NCBI GenBank assembly: GCA_040954595.2
Contig: CM082580.2
Span: 6,145,519-6,209,518 of the forward strand
Length of the DNA: 64,000 nt
Source: Balanoglossus misakiensis
Taxonomy: Eukaryota; Animalia; Hemichordata
Direction: 5' to 3'
Below, one piece after another: positions 20,180 through 35,300 of this stretch. Position 1 is the first letter of the stretch. Every line of letters starts with the position of its first letter. The position numbers were made by a program, and so were the translations under genes. The notes under the pieces were generated by a model that made no database searches, was not told the origin of the DNA, and saw nothing but the letters and a program-made list of their open reading frames with translations.

Positions 20180-23100
20180 ATGAGCATCTTTTCACCAGAG
20201 TGGGACCCAAGTCTAAGTCCTGTTGACAGTCGAAAGAAACAGATCTACTGTGAGTTACAGTAAACCTACTTATATAGTAACCCATTTGTGAAGAGTTTGA
20301 AATGATGCCCTTGTGACGATTATTCTTCATGACATTGACTGTGTTGGAAAATTCGCCAGATAAATAGTCAAATGTTTACTTGTTGATCTTTCTGACAGAT
20401 TCATCTATACATTGTATTGGGGATGTAGGCTATTTTATGACATTTCTATGAATATATAATCCTACATCACGGACGTTGATATCCGAAATGTAAGCAGCAT
20501 ACACATTTAGATCAAAGATGTCTGTCAAGTTTATAAACATAAATGTAGCACTCAGTTGATGGTGAAAGTTGTACTAGCTTATTGTTTTAACAGTTGATGA
20601 GAACCATGGATTCAGCAGGACGTCTGTTTAATATGAGAATTTTAAACATCATAAACATTTTGCTCACCGTAATCATCACTAAAGATTAATGATGAAATTA
20701 TCCCATCATAATGCTTAGTATGTAAAAGAACTCGTTTCTTAAAAGCAATAAAGGTGAAGAAACTGTGGTTTGACTTTTTTTTAAATCGAAGTGAAACTGA
20801 AACAAACTACTGTAATGTGTGTATCTGTGTGCGTCAGCGTGTAGATTCTTTCTTCTTTTTTTACCCATCATATTATCCTTAATACACATACTGTCGTATC
20901 CCATTGCCTTCCATCATGCAACACTTTTCCATGTTTTTACAGTACGTAGAGTTCCAACATGGCTGACGTGTGTGGGCGTGCCTATGAACAGGGTGACTGC
21001 TCATATGACTGGTAGCATGATACAATATAATAGTACATATATATTGCTAGTCAATTTCCTGCATGGAGCCCTAGTTTATATATGGCTGTATTTTGTGAAT
21101 TTCCATCTGCTGTAGTATTAATCATTTCCCTACGCTTGAATTCTGCAGTATCAGGATTGCTTTGATCAAATGGCCTCGAATTGATGCATGTATTTTTAAT
21201 GCCTTGCATTTCAGTCACTGGCAGTATGGGACGTACCATGTATACAACCCTCGATGGTACGATCAATGCACTTAGCATTTGCCGAGATGCTTCACAAGTT
21301 GCTGTTGTCGGACGAAACTGTGAGTACTTCATTGTGTCTGCCTGTCAACTATCTGTAATTTTTTTTAAATTTATAACTGTGCAATTATTTTTGAAACAAG
21401 CAATTTGTCATTCTGTTCTATGATACTTTATTGGTTCCAGAAATGTATTTATCTGAACAGTGTTGGGCTATTGTTGCTATACCAACCAGCATGAAATAAT
21501 ACGGTTTAGTTTACATCATGCCATGGTTAGGAGACTGTTGTCATATGTAATTACATGTATTAGTAATTGTGTTACACATTTGAAACTATAACTCAATCAA
21601 TGTTATGCAATGTAAAGCAATATGACTCATTGTTACTCTATCCACAACAATTCTAGGCATGTGCAGAGCAAAATAATGTGATACATTGAAACATGTTGGT
21701 ATCTTTGCTATCTAGATTAAGACCGTCCAATCAACCTGACCATACTTCTCAGTGTAAACAAGATTATTTTTCCCATTGCATACCCAAAACCCATTACCCC
21801 AATTATTCTCTGCTGGCTAAATCTCAGATAAAGGCAGATCTGACCATACAACACAATGAAGTGAATTCTTGCATTTGATACTATGAGATAATATTGAATC
21901 ACCCTTCTCAAATTGACTGACAGCTTTTTTTAAATAATTTGCTGCTTTTCAGTATTCAAGATTTTTTCAATAGAAGACGACGAGTTTGTGGAAAAGGCCA
22001 ATTTACGTGTCGGGAGAATCAACCTGAACTACAGCAGCTCTGATGTAGTGTGGCATCCAACAGATGGTGAGATGACAAAAATATTAATTTTGACTCAAAT
22101 TTGTCTGAAAATTCAGGTGATATTTTATGGGACAGGGCACATGTGTTCAAGAAAATTGTTTGTGGTGACAGTGTGGCAACCACATTAACTATAGCAAGCA
22201 GGACTTCAATGGCTTGAGTTTGATTTGCTTCCTTTTGTTCACGTACATGACCAAATTAACCCTTTAACCACCATAGTTTGGTCCAAGTCCAATGTCTTCT
22301 GTGATAAAATCGGACATCTACATAGGTAAACATGGGTGAAAGGGTTAAAATAAAATTTAATACCTGTTGCAGTAATGGTAATGATGTCATCACTGACAGG
22401 TGAACTTTGACCTTATTCCTCCGCAGACAATCTATTGGCCACAGCCGCCACCAATGGGGCTGTGATCACCTGGAATCTCGGCAAATCCACGCGCTCCAAA
22501 CAAGATCATGTGTTCACTGAGCACAAGAGAACGGTCAACAAAGTGTGTTTCCATCCAGCAGAGCCTAATATCCTGCTCAGTGGCTCCATCGATGGGTCGA
22601 TGAAATCTTTCGTAAGTTGAAGAGATATTGTTCACTATCATACAGATTGTCAGAAAAATGATAAAACTTTTCAGTCCATTGCTGTATTATAGTGTGTCGG
22701 GAGTCCGTTTGAAAACAAAGTAGAAAATAGAGTGTTCACCGTCTTGTTTTTGTAAAAAGCACTACTTTGGACACAAAGATTGGTGGCCATTTTGAATGTA
22801 AAATTAAGACAATTTCACTGTCATTTGCACTGATAAGAAGAGCCTCCTACTCTGTTACTGCATTGCATATTTGAGGATTGCGTGCCCACAGTGTGGCATT
22901 TTAGCATTTAATGTCATCGTAACATAATATCTTCTGGACCACTGACAGGATTTGCGGAAAAAAGAAGTTGCCAACACATTTACTGGGAAATCGGAGAGTG
23001 TGCGTGATGTTCAATTTTCTCCATATCAGTACTTTCATTTTGCGTCAGCCTTTGAGAATGGCAACTTACAGGTAGGTTGTGTATGAATATATCTTGGTTG

Positions 23101-26100
23101 ATCTCACTCTTCTCAAAAATCATTCTGTGTGTTTTAAAAGCTTTAGAGTGAAAAAAGCTAAATGAATTGTTAAATAGAGTCCCTGATTTTGTATTAAATA
23201 TGGGGTTGAAAGTGTTAACTTTACTAACAGATAAGAATATACAGGGAGAGCACAGGCTTGGTGTTGGTACTCCCATCATCATTTTTGCAAATTTTCTTTC
23301 CAATTGGTTTGCAGCTGTGGGACATCAGAAGAACAGACAAGTACTACGTGATGTTCACAGCGCACAACGGTCCAGTGTTCAGTATTGATTGGCACACGGA
23401 GGAAAGGAACTGGATTGCGACGGCAGGAAGAGACAAAACCATCAAGGTAAGGCAAGAAAGATCTATAACCGGTATGCACTCGGCCAGCAAAGTCCTCTGG
23501 TAGTTTTTGTAAACGCTGAAGTTCTGCCAATGAATTTTCACAACTGTGTCAGTTCCTTTGGTTTAACCAGAGAAGCAGTCACATCTTTTGCAGCACATGT
23601 ATTTAAGTGTCACACATACATTTGCCATAGTCAAAACTGATTCATAGTCAGAGCATTTGACAATTGGACAGAAATAAGATTATATACAGGTATATACAGG
23701 TAAATTTCTGAAAACAGGCCTATGTTGTATGAATATTATAAACCTATTCTGCAGTGTACAGATATCGATGCGCGTATTATCTGGAAATATGTACGCTACA
23801 AATTTGCCCTCGATTTTACCATTAACAGTAGTCAATTTTTTGCTCTCAAGAGTGACCACACAGTGTGAAAAACACCACTCTCTCACTTTCTAGGTGTGGA
23901 CAGACCTGCAGTTCAAGCCAGTGAATCAGAACACGGTCCAGACTATCGCCTCGGTCTCCCGGATAAAATGGCGCCCCCAGCGACGATACCACATCGCCAG
24001 CAGTTCCCTGTTGGTGGACCACTCGGTCAACATCTGGGACATCAGGCGGCCCTTCATTCCATTTGCCGCGTTCGAGGAGCACAAGGATGTCGCCACAGGT
24101 GGGTGAGGCGTGTGGGACTGAATTGTAAGCAAATGATAACTTTGACAATTCTCCAGTTGTGATAAATGCCTGGATGCCATATAATTAAGTACCGTTAAAG
24201 TCATTTTATAAGACGCACCTTTTTTGAGTGACAGTGTGTGACGAAAAGGGGGTGAGACTTATAATACCGCTGCGACTTATAAAATGACTTTAACTATGAT
24301 AGATTTCTTGATAATGACGCATTTCGCCACAGTCCCTCCACAAAGGAAATTTGACACACTTTCTTTGAATCGTATTTGTAGGTATCGTTTGGAGACACGA
24401 TCCCCATGTGTTTCTGTCAACGTCCAAAGATTGCACACTGTATCAACATGTCTTCAGAGATGCCAAACGACCAGCAGAGACAGCAGTAAGTATGCAGAGC
24501 AGAACAAAATGGCAGCCATATTGGAAATGGCGTTATTAAACACAATAAAAAAAAATCACCATTTCGGTTGTATGAATATTATAATTATAAACAATAGATG
24601 TGGAGCTGTAAGAAATTCCCCCAGTCCCATAGTGGTGTTCATAATTTCATATGCATTGTCTCATGCAAACGAATGTGTCACCTACCATGGGTATACTCTT
24701 GTGTAGAATCCCGTTGGAGTGGCCATGAACATTTTCGGCGACGTGTGCCACGTGGCCAGCGACAGTCTGGGAGGGAGCAGCAGCAACAGAGGCACGTCGC
24801 AGGCGAGCTACTCGTCCACCAAGCTGCCGGCGTTCTTCCGGAAGAACCCGGAACCGGAGGAGCAGACAAGGGCCGTGTGTAGCACGGTGAACATGTTCAA
24901 GAATCAAGACTTGAAGGTAAAGATGTGTACTGTGTTGGAAGAGCTTAGTGAGTGTATCTTTTCTCATAAGATTTTCATTCCAGCAGATTCCTTTACTTCA
25001 AAGATAAGTTAAGGTAGAATGCGCCCTGAAAATCACAGTCTTAAATCTTCTCTCATATTTTGCTCTTGATTTAGACATTCGTGTGAAAAAACATAACTGA
25101 CATTTTCTGGGGGTGGGGGAAAGCTACATCATGGATTAATGGAATCTTTTTTGCCCTTCACATAACAGTTTTCAGATGGATTCTGCAAAAGTGCGTTGAA
25201 CTATCAGCTGACTGGAAGATCGTTTCCTGATTTGTGTGAGCATAATGCCCAGGTGGCTCAAGCGTTGATGAGACATCAGGTAAGTACATGGCAGATAATT
25301 GCCTGCTCTGGTTCCCTGATCCAATTGCCCCTATACGTGCCACACTCATGAAAAGTGTCAGATATGTGCCATTCATCGCTATCTGTCATTTGCCAAAGTA
25401 TCAAGGATTCTAATTGGATTCTAATTGCTCATTTCATAGCAACATTTTATTTTTGCTTTTCAGGTAGCACAGTCTTGGAAAATGCTGCAGTTAATCTATA
25501 CTGGCACTGCATCAACTGCTGCTGCTGCTCTTGGTAGATCAGTCTCAACAACATCTGAGAAGCAAGACAAAGATGAAAAAGGTAAACACAAGGACAGAAA
25601 AGCTAACGATTAAAGAAAATTTATTTTGAAATCTCATTAATAAATGTTCATAAGCTAATCAAACAGTAACAGATTGGACTTCCTGGCTCTACCTCTAGAT
25701 TTCACTATTTTCAAATCAAATTTGAAAAGTTCACGAAACACTTCAATTTCCATTACAGGTCGAAGCGAAACCAATGCACCCAATCCTGACTCGCAATTTG
25801 CAGCCAAGGGCGAATCCCGGACGGACGTGCACATGCATCTGGGTGATTCCACCGGCGTCACCAGCGAGAACGAGGAATCGGAGAGCGACATGGAACGCGA
25901 GCGCGATCTGACGACGCTGGCCAGTGGTCTGGCGCAGAGTCAGGGCGATTTCTTCTTCGGGGACGGCGAAGTAGAGGCCTTTGATTACGAGAACTATTCC
26001 GGCACCGAACCTGGGGAAGACTGGACACTACCAACGGAAGCATTCCAACCTAGACATGAAATTGTGGACAGGTAAAATATGAAAATAAAATTGTTGTTTT

Positions 26101-27993
26101 CACAGAGGTATATCTTCATAAAGCCTGCTATTCATAATGGACTTCTGTTCTTTACTGCACATTTGTATGTAAACAAACTCATGTGAAATTTATTTGTTCT
26201 TTTTTATATCATCAGGGCACCATCACCTGGGGAATTACAAGAAAGACCAGAGTCTCCATCCAGGTACGAAAATGATTCTAGCAATATTGATGAAGACCTT
26301 TGAAAAGAGATACACAGTACACCAAGAAAATGCAGACTTCTTTGAACAGGCAAACCAGGGCATCAGACAGATCCCATCCATACTTGCCATCCACCTTGTC
26401 ATAAGTGCTAAGACAAGTACCGTAGTCCACATTATCAATGCGTGTTACAGAATATTACTCATATTATTTATTTAATGACTGGTAATTATTTACTCATAAT
26501 TAACACCTTTTTACCATTTACAGTGTCAATGAATCTGAAACGCTGAGTATCAGCAATCAGTTCTTGTCCGTGACTGCGTCCAACATCAATCCCGTATCAA
26601 CATCGGCTGTTCTGTCAACGTCGCTACCCCCCTGGCAGTTCACACCTATCGTGGTCGACATGCTGCACTTCTATGCTGAACAGGTGAGTCGGAAAAAATA
26701 TCTCTGGTGCCCATCCATCTCCATTCCTGGACGTAGAGAGAACAACATAAACATTACTACACAACAGTTGATTTCACTCAAGTTCCGAAATATTGAGATT
26801 AAAAAAAGTTGGTACCCGTTTCATAACTAGCAAATTCAAATTTACCAAATCAACTGTGAACATCCATTTTACTAATATGTAGATTTACTGGGAAGAGTTA
26901 GAATCAGCAAAGTTGCTACATGTACATGTAGCAAGTCTATGCATGCACAGATGCACAGAGCAAATACCTTATTTTGAAGTTTCATACTCTCTCAGGGTGA
27001 CGTCCAGATGACCGTGTCGGCTCTGATTGTACTGGGCGATCGCATCCGTCGTTACATCGATGAAACGTCACAGGAAGTGTGGTTTATGTCATATATAGGT
27101 ATGTATGTTTAGTGTTTTAACAGACAACATGACAAAAACCTTCTCTCTTGGACTTGAAAATCATAGTTCACCATCTCATTCAAAAATTTCTTTGAGATGA
27201 CCTGCCTTGTTCTTAGGTTCGACATAGAATAGTCAAAGCATTGTCTAGTCACTATAAATGTGTCCCCTCTCTGTGTGATCAGAATTACTTACTAGGTTCC
27301 AGCTGTGGACTGTAGCAACGGAAGTCATCAAGCTTAGCAACCATGCAGCTGTTGGTGCCCTGAACCAGGTAAGGAAACCGTGTGTATGACATTTGATTGT
27401 ACATGTATCTCCCAGAATTCTTTGTGACAGTGTCATGTGACCTCACAAGCAGTGGGCATCCAGTAATGTCATTTGTTTGTTTGTTTGATTTTGAATACTC
27501 AACCACCTTGTCTTGAACATGTTTCTTTTCATAGGCATCAACGACAATTCACACAAATTGCAACAACTGCAGTAAACCTCTGCTGAGGAGTGGTTGGCTG
27601 TGTCAGAGATGCTGCAATCTGACCAACATGTGTTCAGTTTGGTAAGTGCAGAGCCTGAAACGTACAGAAACTAATAGTGCCAGAGATGGAATCTATCATT
27701 TTTCCCCATTAAACTTGGTCCAGCTTGTTTTCAAATGCTATAGTTTTACATGTATGAATAGGGTGTGAGATCATTAATGTACAATCACGGTGAAGTTTAA
27801 TTTATGAGCATGAACTCATGTTGTTAGAGTACTTATGTGTTTTTGTTGTTTCTGCAGTCACCATGTAGTGAAAGGCCTATACGTCTGGTGCCAAGGCTGT
27901 AATCATGGAGGGCATTTACATCACATGGAAGAGTGGTTGAAAATCAGTCCATGGTGTCCAGTCGGTTGTGGTCATCGTTGTGAGTTCAGCTGA
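20180..27993 (+). CDS. WDR24: GATOR2 complex subunit WDR24, ~809 aa; exons 20180-20249, 21215-21319, 21953-22066, 22427-22611, 22949-23071, 23315-23446, 23894-24098, 24382-24485, 24707-24916, 25169-25279, 25464-25581, 25759-26071, 26216-26263, 26524-26683, 26996-27098, 27283-27368, 27535-27641, 27858-27993
   Basis: WD40 repeats include [52 protein letters not shown] and [13 protein letters not shown]...[19 protein letters not shown]. It also has LCEHNAQVA and the C-terminal Zn/RING region [24 protein letters not shown]...[11 protein letters not shown]. The 2430-nt total is in frame. The first exon is inferred from phase compatibility. Confidence 0.95.
22256..22348. mobile_element. TTAA/CCCT-ended (piggyBac-like) MITE in WDR24 intron
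   Basis: ttaaccctttaacc...ggtgaaagggttaa. Confidence 0.65.
24191..24296. mobile_element. Small MITE-like inverted repeat in WDR24 intron
   Basis: gttaaagtcattttataagacgca ... tgcgacttataaaatgactttaac. Confidence 0.6.
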
Positions 27994-29366
27994 AAGCGAT
28001 CAGTCTGTTTGCAATGGAACATATTTACAGAATGTGAAATCAGGAATACAAAGCAGGTGGAAGGATGGCTAACTTGCAGTACCGCGGAAAGTCCAGTAGA
28101 AGCTGCCATGTTCACACACGTGATGTACAGTACGCAGACTTCAACCAACCAATCGTAGTTAATGGGATTGGTGCAGGTCGAGAGGGAAGAACGTTCCAAG
28201 ACCTCTCAACGCGTCAAGAGTTCAAGATGTCGCCACCATCGCCTATGGTTACACTGCCCTCTAGAGGCTGCTTATGGAACTCTGCCATGCCTATCTCAGA
28301 TTGTGCAACACAAGAACTTTTTCTTGTGAAGCAACTCATATGAACGTAAATGTACAAGTCAGTTACTGCATTACTGCCTAACAATGCTGTTGTATTTTTA
28401 AAGTAATTGAGATGAAAACACACACCATCATGCATTATTTACATGCCTCGATATGACTGCAACATTTTGGTTCTGGATCTCAAACCGTGAATTCAGATCG
28501 TGAATTGTACAGAATTATGTGCAGACTATGAGTAGATCAAAGCTGCAAGAATTTCTCTTCTGCTAGTTTTGGAGGATGCTTTGGTGGCCAGGGGCAAGGC
28601 TTGTATACCAAACAAATGTTGGTGCTTGCGTAAATTATGCAGCTTCCAGGTGCTCTGATTGTGGTTGGCAGTAAAACAATATTGCCAGTGATATCCAAGG
28701 ACATTTTCCAAGAAAAGGATATGAAAATATTGTAAAACAAAGAAATTCATGTATACATTTTTCTTTGTTGTAAATATTTCTAAATCTAGATAATAAAAAA
28801 GTAATCTACCCATTTGAAAATGTCCTTTGACTGTAAAGCTGGAAGTTGTTGGTGGCATAGCTTTATTTCTGTTTCAATTTCCACTTTTGCCAGAGGAAAA
28901 TACCCAATATTTCGTTTATCATTATCGTCTATATGTGTAGAGTAAGCATGTTAATGGTTGATAAAACCTGGGTTTATAATTGCTGATGGCAAGTCCGGCT
29001 GGTATTTACATGACATAGAAGCTATATATTGGCATTTTAGCAAAGTAAAGGGAATACAGTGAGAAATATGAGCTGATGCACAGAACGAAAGTTAGCCAAA
29101 AGCCTTTGCTATTCCCTTTAAAAATATACAGCCTACTGAACTATAACATTGAAAATTCATTCCGCATACCGTTACACTTAGACCACCCCTGTAAGTATAG
29201 TAGACTGCTCCACTAATTAGTGTAAACAATCGTACAGTGTGAGAGCCCGCGGCGTACACTAACAGCTTTGGATCGGGATGATGATGGTCAAAGTTTGAGA
29301 TGCGACAAAACCGCAGCAATTATTTCTGATGATAAGGCGAAACCCGTCCATTTTAATCATCGCGAG

Positions 29367-32300
29367 ATGGCCGAAGTTTGGCTCCAGTGTGTGATGTTGG
29401 TGCTTGGCGTGTTTCTTCTGACGGGGGCAAAAGGTTAGTAGAAGAACGGCTGACTGCTGCTATCTTCCGTTGTGAAATCGTCTGCTGTCAGATTGTGTCG
29501 TAACACTGAACAGCTTGACATCAGGGCCGGAGGGTGTTATTTTGACACTTTTTGGTATCCCTTATCGACCAGGGCCAGTTGCAGTTTTGTAACAACCATA
29601 TATATCAAACTATGGATTAGATCAATGGTTGTTATAAACACCGAAACAAAGCTGACATGTGACATGTACAGTACATATGTACTGTACATGTCACATGTCA
29701 GCTTTGAATTTTTTTTCGCGCTGTCAATGTCATGAAATGAACAATCGCACGTATTCTGGCGAAGTCGTCAGTGAAACACAGAAGAAAACAAATGGTTACA
29801 TTTTTAAAGTTTTCGGTTAATTTCTCAACGTTAAGTCTGGATGCGAATGTGCAGAACAGTTCTACATTGACGCATGTGACGAGCGCTCGGTTGAAATTTA
29901 TCACAGTCCGAATATTTACACAATGTAGCACTTCATGCACTTGGTGGCTTTAAAATTTAATCATGTCTCTGTGTACACGTATCGTGTATTACATCTTTTG
30001 ACCGTCAACGCTATCGCCTCATCAGTATGTCACCTAAATTTTCGCACGGCACCGGGTACTCATTGATGTTGCAGAGCAATACAATGTCAAGTACATCAAT
30101 TGATTGATCAAACGCTTTCTTCCGCGCTATGGGTGTCACACTCCATCAATGTGAGCGCCTGCTGTGAATGGCTGAAAGTCCACTTTTGTTGGCTTCTCAG
30201 TTGTGTTTGCTCAAATGTTCAAAAAGGGACAATGATAAAAGATAGCAATTGTGTTGAGGGACAAAGACTGCTTCCAGACGTCGAAAGCGACTTGAACACT
30301 GCAACCAACAGGTGTTGTATTTAGTGTATAATTGTTCGCGCACTCGACCATCAATTATTCTGTCTGTATTACCACTTTTTGAAAAAAAGTGCTCTTGACT
30401 GTGCCGTCTACTCAAAATTTGGTCTACTCTCTCACGAAATTGACAGTGCATGACATTTTCACGAGTACATAACAACATTCTCAAACATTCAGCTGTAACC
30501 CAGTGTATACAAGTTAGAGTGTGAATAAAATACTGTGATGGCATGTGTATTTTATGCAGCTGTAGAAGTAGGTTAAATCCCACAGGAAAACAAAGAATTA
30601 CTATTGTGAACACCCCAAGTGCTAACCCGCCTTTCAAAACAAACTTCCCACTGTTAGTTTAACTGACAAAGGTAATGGAGTTTCACCCTGTATGTCAGCA
30701 GGGGATCAGGGCATGGCTCTGTTTGGCTTCTAGGTTTTCGATGGCTGCCTGCAAATTTGCATTTGGTGAAAGTTATTTCAGTTGAACCATGATTCATTAT
30801 GAATTTAAATGCCTGCTCTCATGTAGAATATATGGTCGTGCCTCTGCAAAAATTTACGTGACACCATTTCTGACTCGTATAAAGTGAAGTGAATATTTCA
30901 CACTGATCGTGATGAGCTGATGGAAGTTGTAAGCGCAGACACTTGGGCCAGCTCTTAGTATGTTTACATTGCACGCACCAGTAAAACATTTACTGTGAAA
31001 CTACATGGACATCTCGGTTCAAAACTTGATGTACGTGCGTCTGAGGCCTGGCTATAGCGATACTTGATATTTTGTGCAAAGATGGTGGTGTTTTCTCCAT
31101 TTGTCACCAAGGCAGCTTGTTGTTGAAACTGCCAGACAGTGCAATCAGATTAATGAACCCACAGGTGTTAGGGTGAAGATCGATAAGAGGATATCAAATG
31201 ATAGCAGAAAAGTATTCTGAAGGGATCGGTGTAAATTGATGTTTTTTAAAAGCATGCACAGACAAGAAGACTGTTCCTTTGAACATGCTGAGTATATTTG
31301 ATGTGTGGGCTTCTATTTGGCAAGTTCATGTCCGAATAACATCAGTAAAATATATGTTGAGATTATTGATGACTTAGCAGAGCTGGCCATGTTGACATTT
31401 TGTGAATAAACCCAGTGTATATTTCATGTAAGCTGACACCATATACATAGGGTCTGTGGAAACAGTTGACAAGTCAGTGTACCGTAGGACAAACCATTAA
31501 TTTCGCAGGGGTGTTTCTCAGCAAATTTCAGTGTGGTATGCAATTGCAATAGCATTGTCGAAAAAATGAGGTTACTAGTAAGAAAAGTAATTTGCATTTA
31601 TATTTTCCATCCAGGATAGTCATTTTTTGATATGATAATGTTATTGTTAGTGAAATTCTGGATTTCAGGTTTACTCAGTTGAGAGCACACATTCCACATA
31701 CCGGTAGAAGCCAATGTATAGAAAGTTATTTATTGACATGTTAGTGTGACACATCTCTACTTCAGTGAGGATAATTATGAGTTCTAAGCATCGCAACTGA
31801 TTCTTAAAATAACACGAGACTGTATGTGTATGCTATGATATCAAATAAAGGATGGGAAAAGCCGGCGTGTTTAGTTTGCCAAAGTGCCATTTCCACATCC
31901 AGGAAGACAAACCCTTCCTTGTGAGCCTTATCTCCACCAACCAAGCTTCATTTATTCAAGTAGACAATATTACATGATTTTTGCCATTTTTTCTCATGGT
32001 CCTAATTCTGCCTCCAACAAATAAATTTGTGGCCGACCCTAGTAATAGTATCTTGACCATTAGAAAACCATGGATACTAGAGAAAAATGTGTATTTATGG
32101 TACAGTAAACCTGTGTAAACCGAGCCCTGTCTTATCTGGACACCTGTCTATACCGAACACCTTTTCCAGTCCCTTTGACATAGAAACACAAGCCAAAAGA
32201 ACCTCGATAAACCAGACACCGCTGCAAACCAAACAATTTACCGTGTAACGTAGAATATTTTTTGCTGGTCTAGATTTTGAAGGTCACTGCTCTGCTGGAG

Positions 32301-35300
32301 TCAGGATTGCAAGGAGGAAAGAAAATGTGATTTATGTCTCGGTAAATGAGGACAGTGATGTGATTTGAGAATCCATGCCGAAGCAATTTGCTTAGCGTAA
32401 ACACCGAGAAACCTGGTAAAACTAATAAATAAATGTGTGCACAGGTATGGCCAAGGATGTTGTTACCAGCCAGGGACCTTCTCATCGATTCACAAATGCC
32501 TTAAAATAATGAAATCTTCTTCAAAGGGGGAAAGTGTAAAACACTAGCTGCACTCAATATCACAAAGCACATGTAGGTTTCTCAGGTGACGCAGAGCAAT
32601 ATTTCTATAACGTGATATGAAGTCTCCATATCAAGTAAAGCAGTTACCACGATGAAGGGAATGTGAATTCATCTCGGGGTTTTCAAGGTCAAGGATCCCT
32701 TTTTTCTATTTCTGGCAGCTAATCATGTGCGTGACGCCAACAAGTCCAGGCGTAGTCGTTAAGGCCGGGGCGTCTGTTAATATGTCCTTGTATATCACAC
32801 ATTTGCTGTCAGTAATTCCAACTTTATTCATCCCAGTGGCAAATTTAGCGCACATTTTACTCCTGTATAATCATGTAAAAAAAAGGATAATATGGTGAAA
32901 ACTGAATGAATATTCCACCGTAAGATTTTGTATTTTAAGTCAAGGACATGGATTCTCTTATTGGCTATTATACTATTAGACAGTTTAGTTCACAAGTCCA
33001 GTTTAAAAATGCAGCATTGAAAATTTGATTTTCAAGTGACGTTTTAAATTTTTTTTAAATACAGAAAAACTGGGGACAGTAAGTTCAACAAGGTAAACAG
33101 AAAACATGATTTACAAGTGACAGATCACACGAAACTTAAAACTAAAGAAAGTCATTTCACTAATATATAGAGATTTTTTCTCAAGATATTCTTGTGTTTT
33201 ATTTTCAGATTTGACAGAAGAAACCATAGAGTGTTCGTGTACTACACTGGAATGTGATCAGATGAATACAAGAGTGTGCAATGCTTCAAGACTATGTTTT
33301 ACTCAGTACTTAGAGAGGAAAGACGGGGGTAGTCCTATAACCAAGGGATGCATCGACAGTGCTTCAACACTGCTCTGTGAAAATAGGTGGGTTCACAATT
33401 AATCACAGGTCATGAAGTTTTTAGTCCCTGATAAGTGATTTGGTAGCTTGCACCATTCCCTAGTGTAGAATCAATGAAAATGTGTATTTCCCAACCTCTT
33501 CATCAGCAGGTCCACCCATTGACCCCACCCATCACACCTCATCAATGTAATTGATTACAAGCCTTTGTTGGCTGCAAGTTTGTACCATAATTTCAGATAA
33601 ATGCGCAGGTATACGTATAGAAGTTTCGCTTGACGGGTTTGGTTGTGGCAGTGACCAGCATCGTGTAGCCTTTTTGCACTCTGCTAATAATGCCTTACAG
33701 CAGTTTTCTCAACCCCCGCACAAAGACTTTAATGATGGGACTTGTTTTATGGTGAAGAGGACTTCTGTTATGGTGAAGAAGCGTGATACGCACTTTTCTT
33801 CATGCGCGTGACTCTAGCACGAAGACACTCCGACCAGCAGGGAGTCTTTGAACAAACACTGCGTGTTCAGTAGACCTCCCCCTTTTCCCTCATTGTTGCT
33901 GTCTTTAGTCACGCGGCTCTGCCACCTGAAACCGCTGTTTTAATAGTTCATAGCCATTGCCCTGCTGGTTATTCCATTGCGCTGGAGCCGGCAGAAAGAA
34001 AGAAGACCGGAATGCCGTGCAGTTCTGCTCATTTGTTTACCGTAGGGGCTGCACGGAGCATTGGTGTTGTGAAGGCTAGTCAAAGGTCTATGTGTTATTA
34101 TACAGCTGTTGCATGGGGGAAAATTTGAAAGTCTGTTGAAAAAGTTAAGAGAAATCAGAGTTAATAATGGAGAACTGTACGAGACAGACTTCAAACCCTG
34201 ATATGTGTAACAGTGTAATGCCCTTGCCCTTGCTGGTGGTTGTAACACTCCTCATATACAAGAATCTGGAATATTTTCAATTTCAACAAGGTCAAAATAC
34301 AAATTATCATTAAAGATTTGTGTTTCTTCCACCTGCTGCTGTTGGTTGCAATTGTGGCCGGTGCAGTGCCAAAGTTCAGAAACTTGTGAAAACTGTACAG
34401 TATATGGGGTCACAATGGAAGTATTGAACTGAATTCCCCTTTTGAATGGTTCAAGCAGGAATGCTCTCTGAAGCACACAGCTGTCTAGTCTGCCAGTGAC
34501 TATTTACATCTTCCTGTATATGGACCGGTTGAGTTTAAGTGTCCAGTTGAGAGTATAGGAAAAACCGAGCTCCCTTCAAAGTCAAAGTCGTAAACTTGAA
34601 TGGCAAAATTTCAAACAGTCCACTAGAGAAGTAAACAGACATTAACAGAAATATGCAATATGGGAGTCATCTGTACTGTACACCAGGTGAAATCTGCACT
34701 TGCAACATAGTGTTTATATGTCATTGCACGAATTGATTTTACGGGAGCTATACTCATTTGTCTGGTTCTACAATACTATAACAGTTACCTTCATTTCACC
34801 CCCATGGTTCAGTCCAAACCACTGTTTTCTATGGTAAGGTTAGGCTTCTCGAGAGGGAACTGGGGGTGAAAGGGTTAAAGACATGCATATTATATTTCTG
34901 TTCGTGTAGGAGACCAGAGGTTTTAGATTCATCACTATGGCCAGTACTGGTGTGTTGCAATGAACCCATGTGTAATCTTCATACGAGTCCATCGTTGCCG
35001 TCCTGGGAGTTACAACCTGACAGACAAAGTAAGTAAAATTGAAAAAAAAACACATGTACAGTTACTGCACAGGTTCTGAATGATTGCAGGCCGTCTGGTA
35101 TTAAATGAATGCCCTCATAGATGGGTGAATGTCTTGGCTATTTCAGTTGTTTGTGGAAGATGGGGTCAACATGAGAATACTATACTGACGCCATTTTTTG
35201 TCTTTACCTTTGCAGAACCAGTTGTTGAATTGGAAAGTTCTGAAAGAGAAGAAGTCAACTCAGAGGACCAAGTGAACACTGACAGTGACAATGAACTTGG

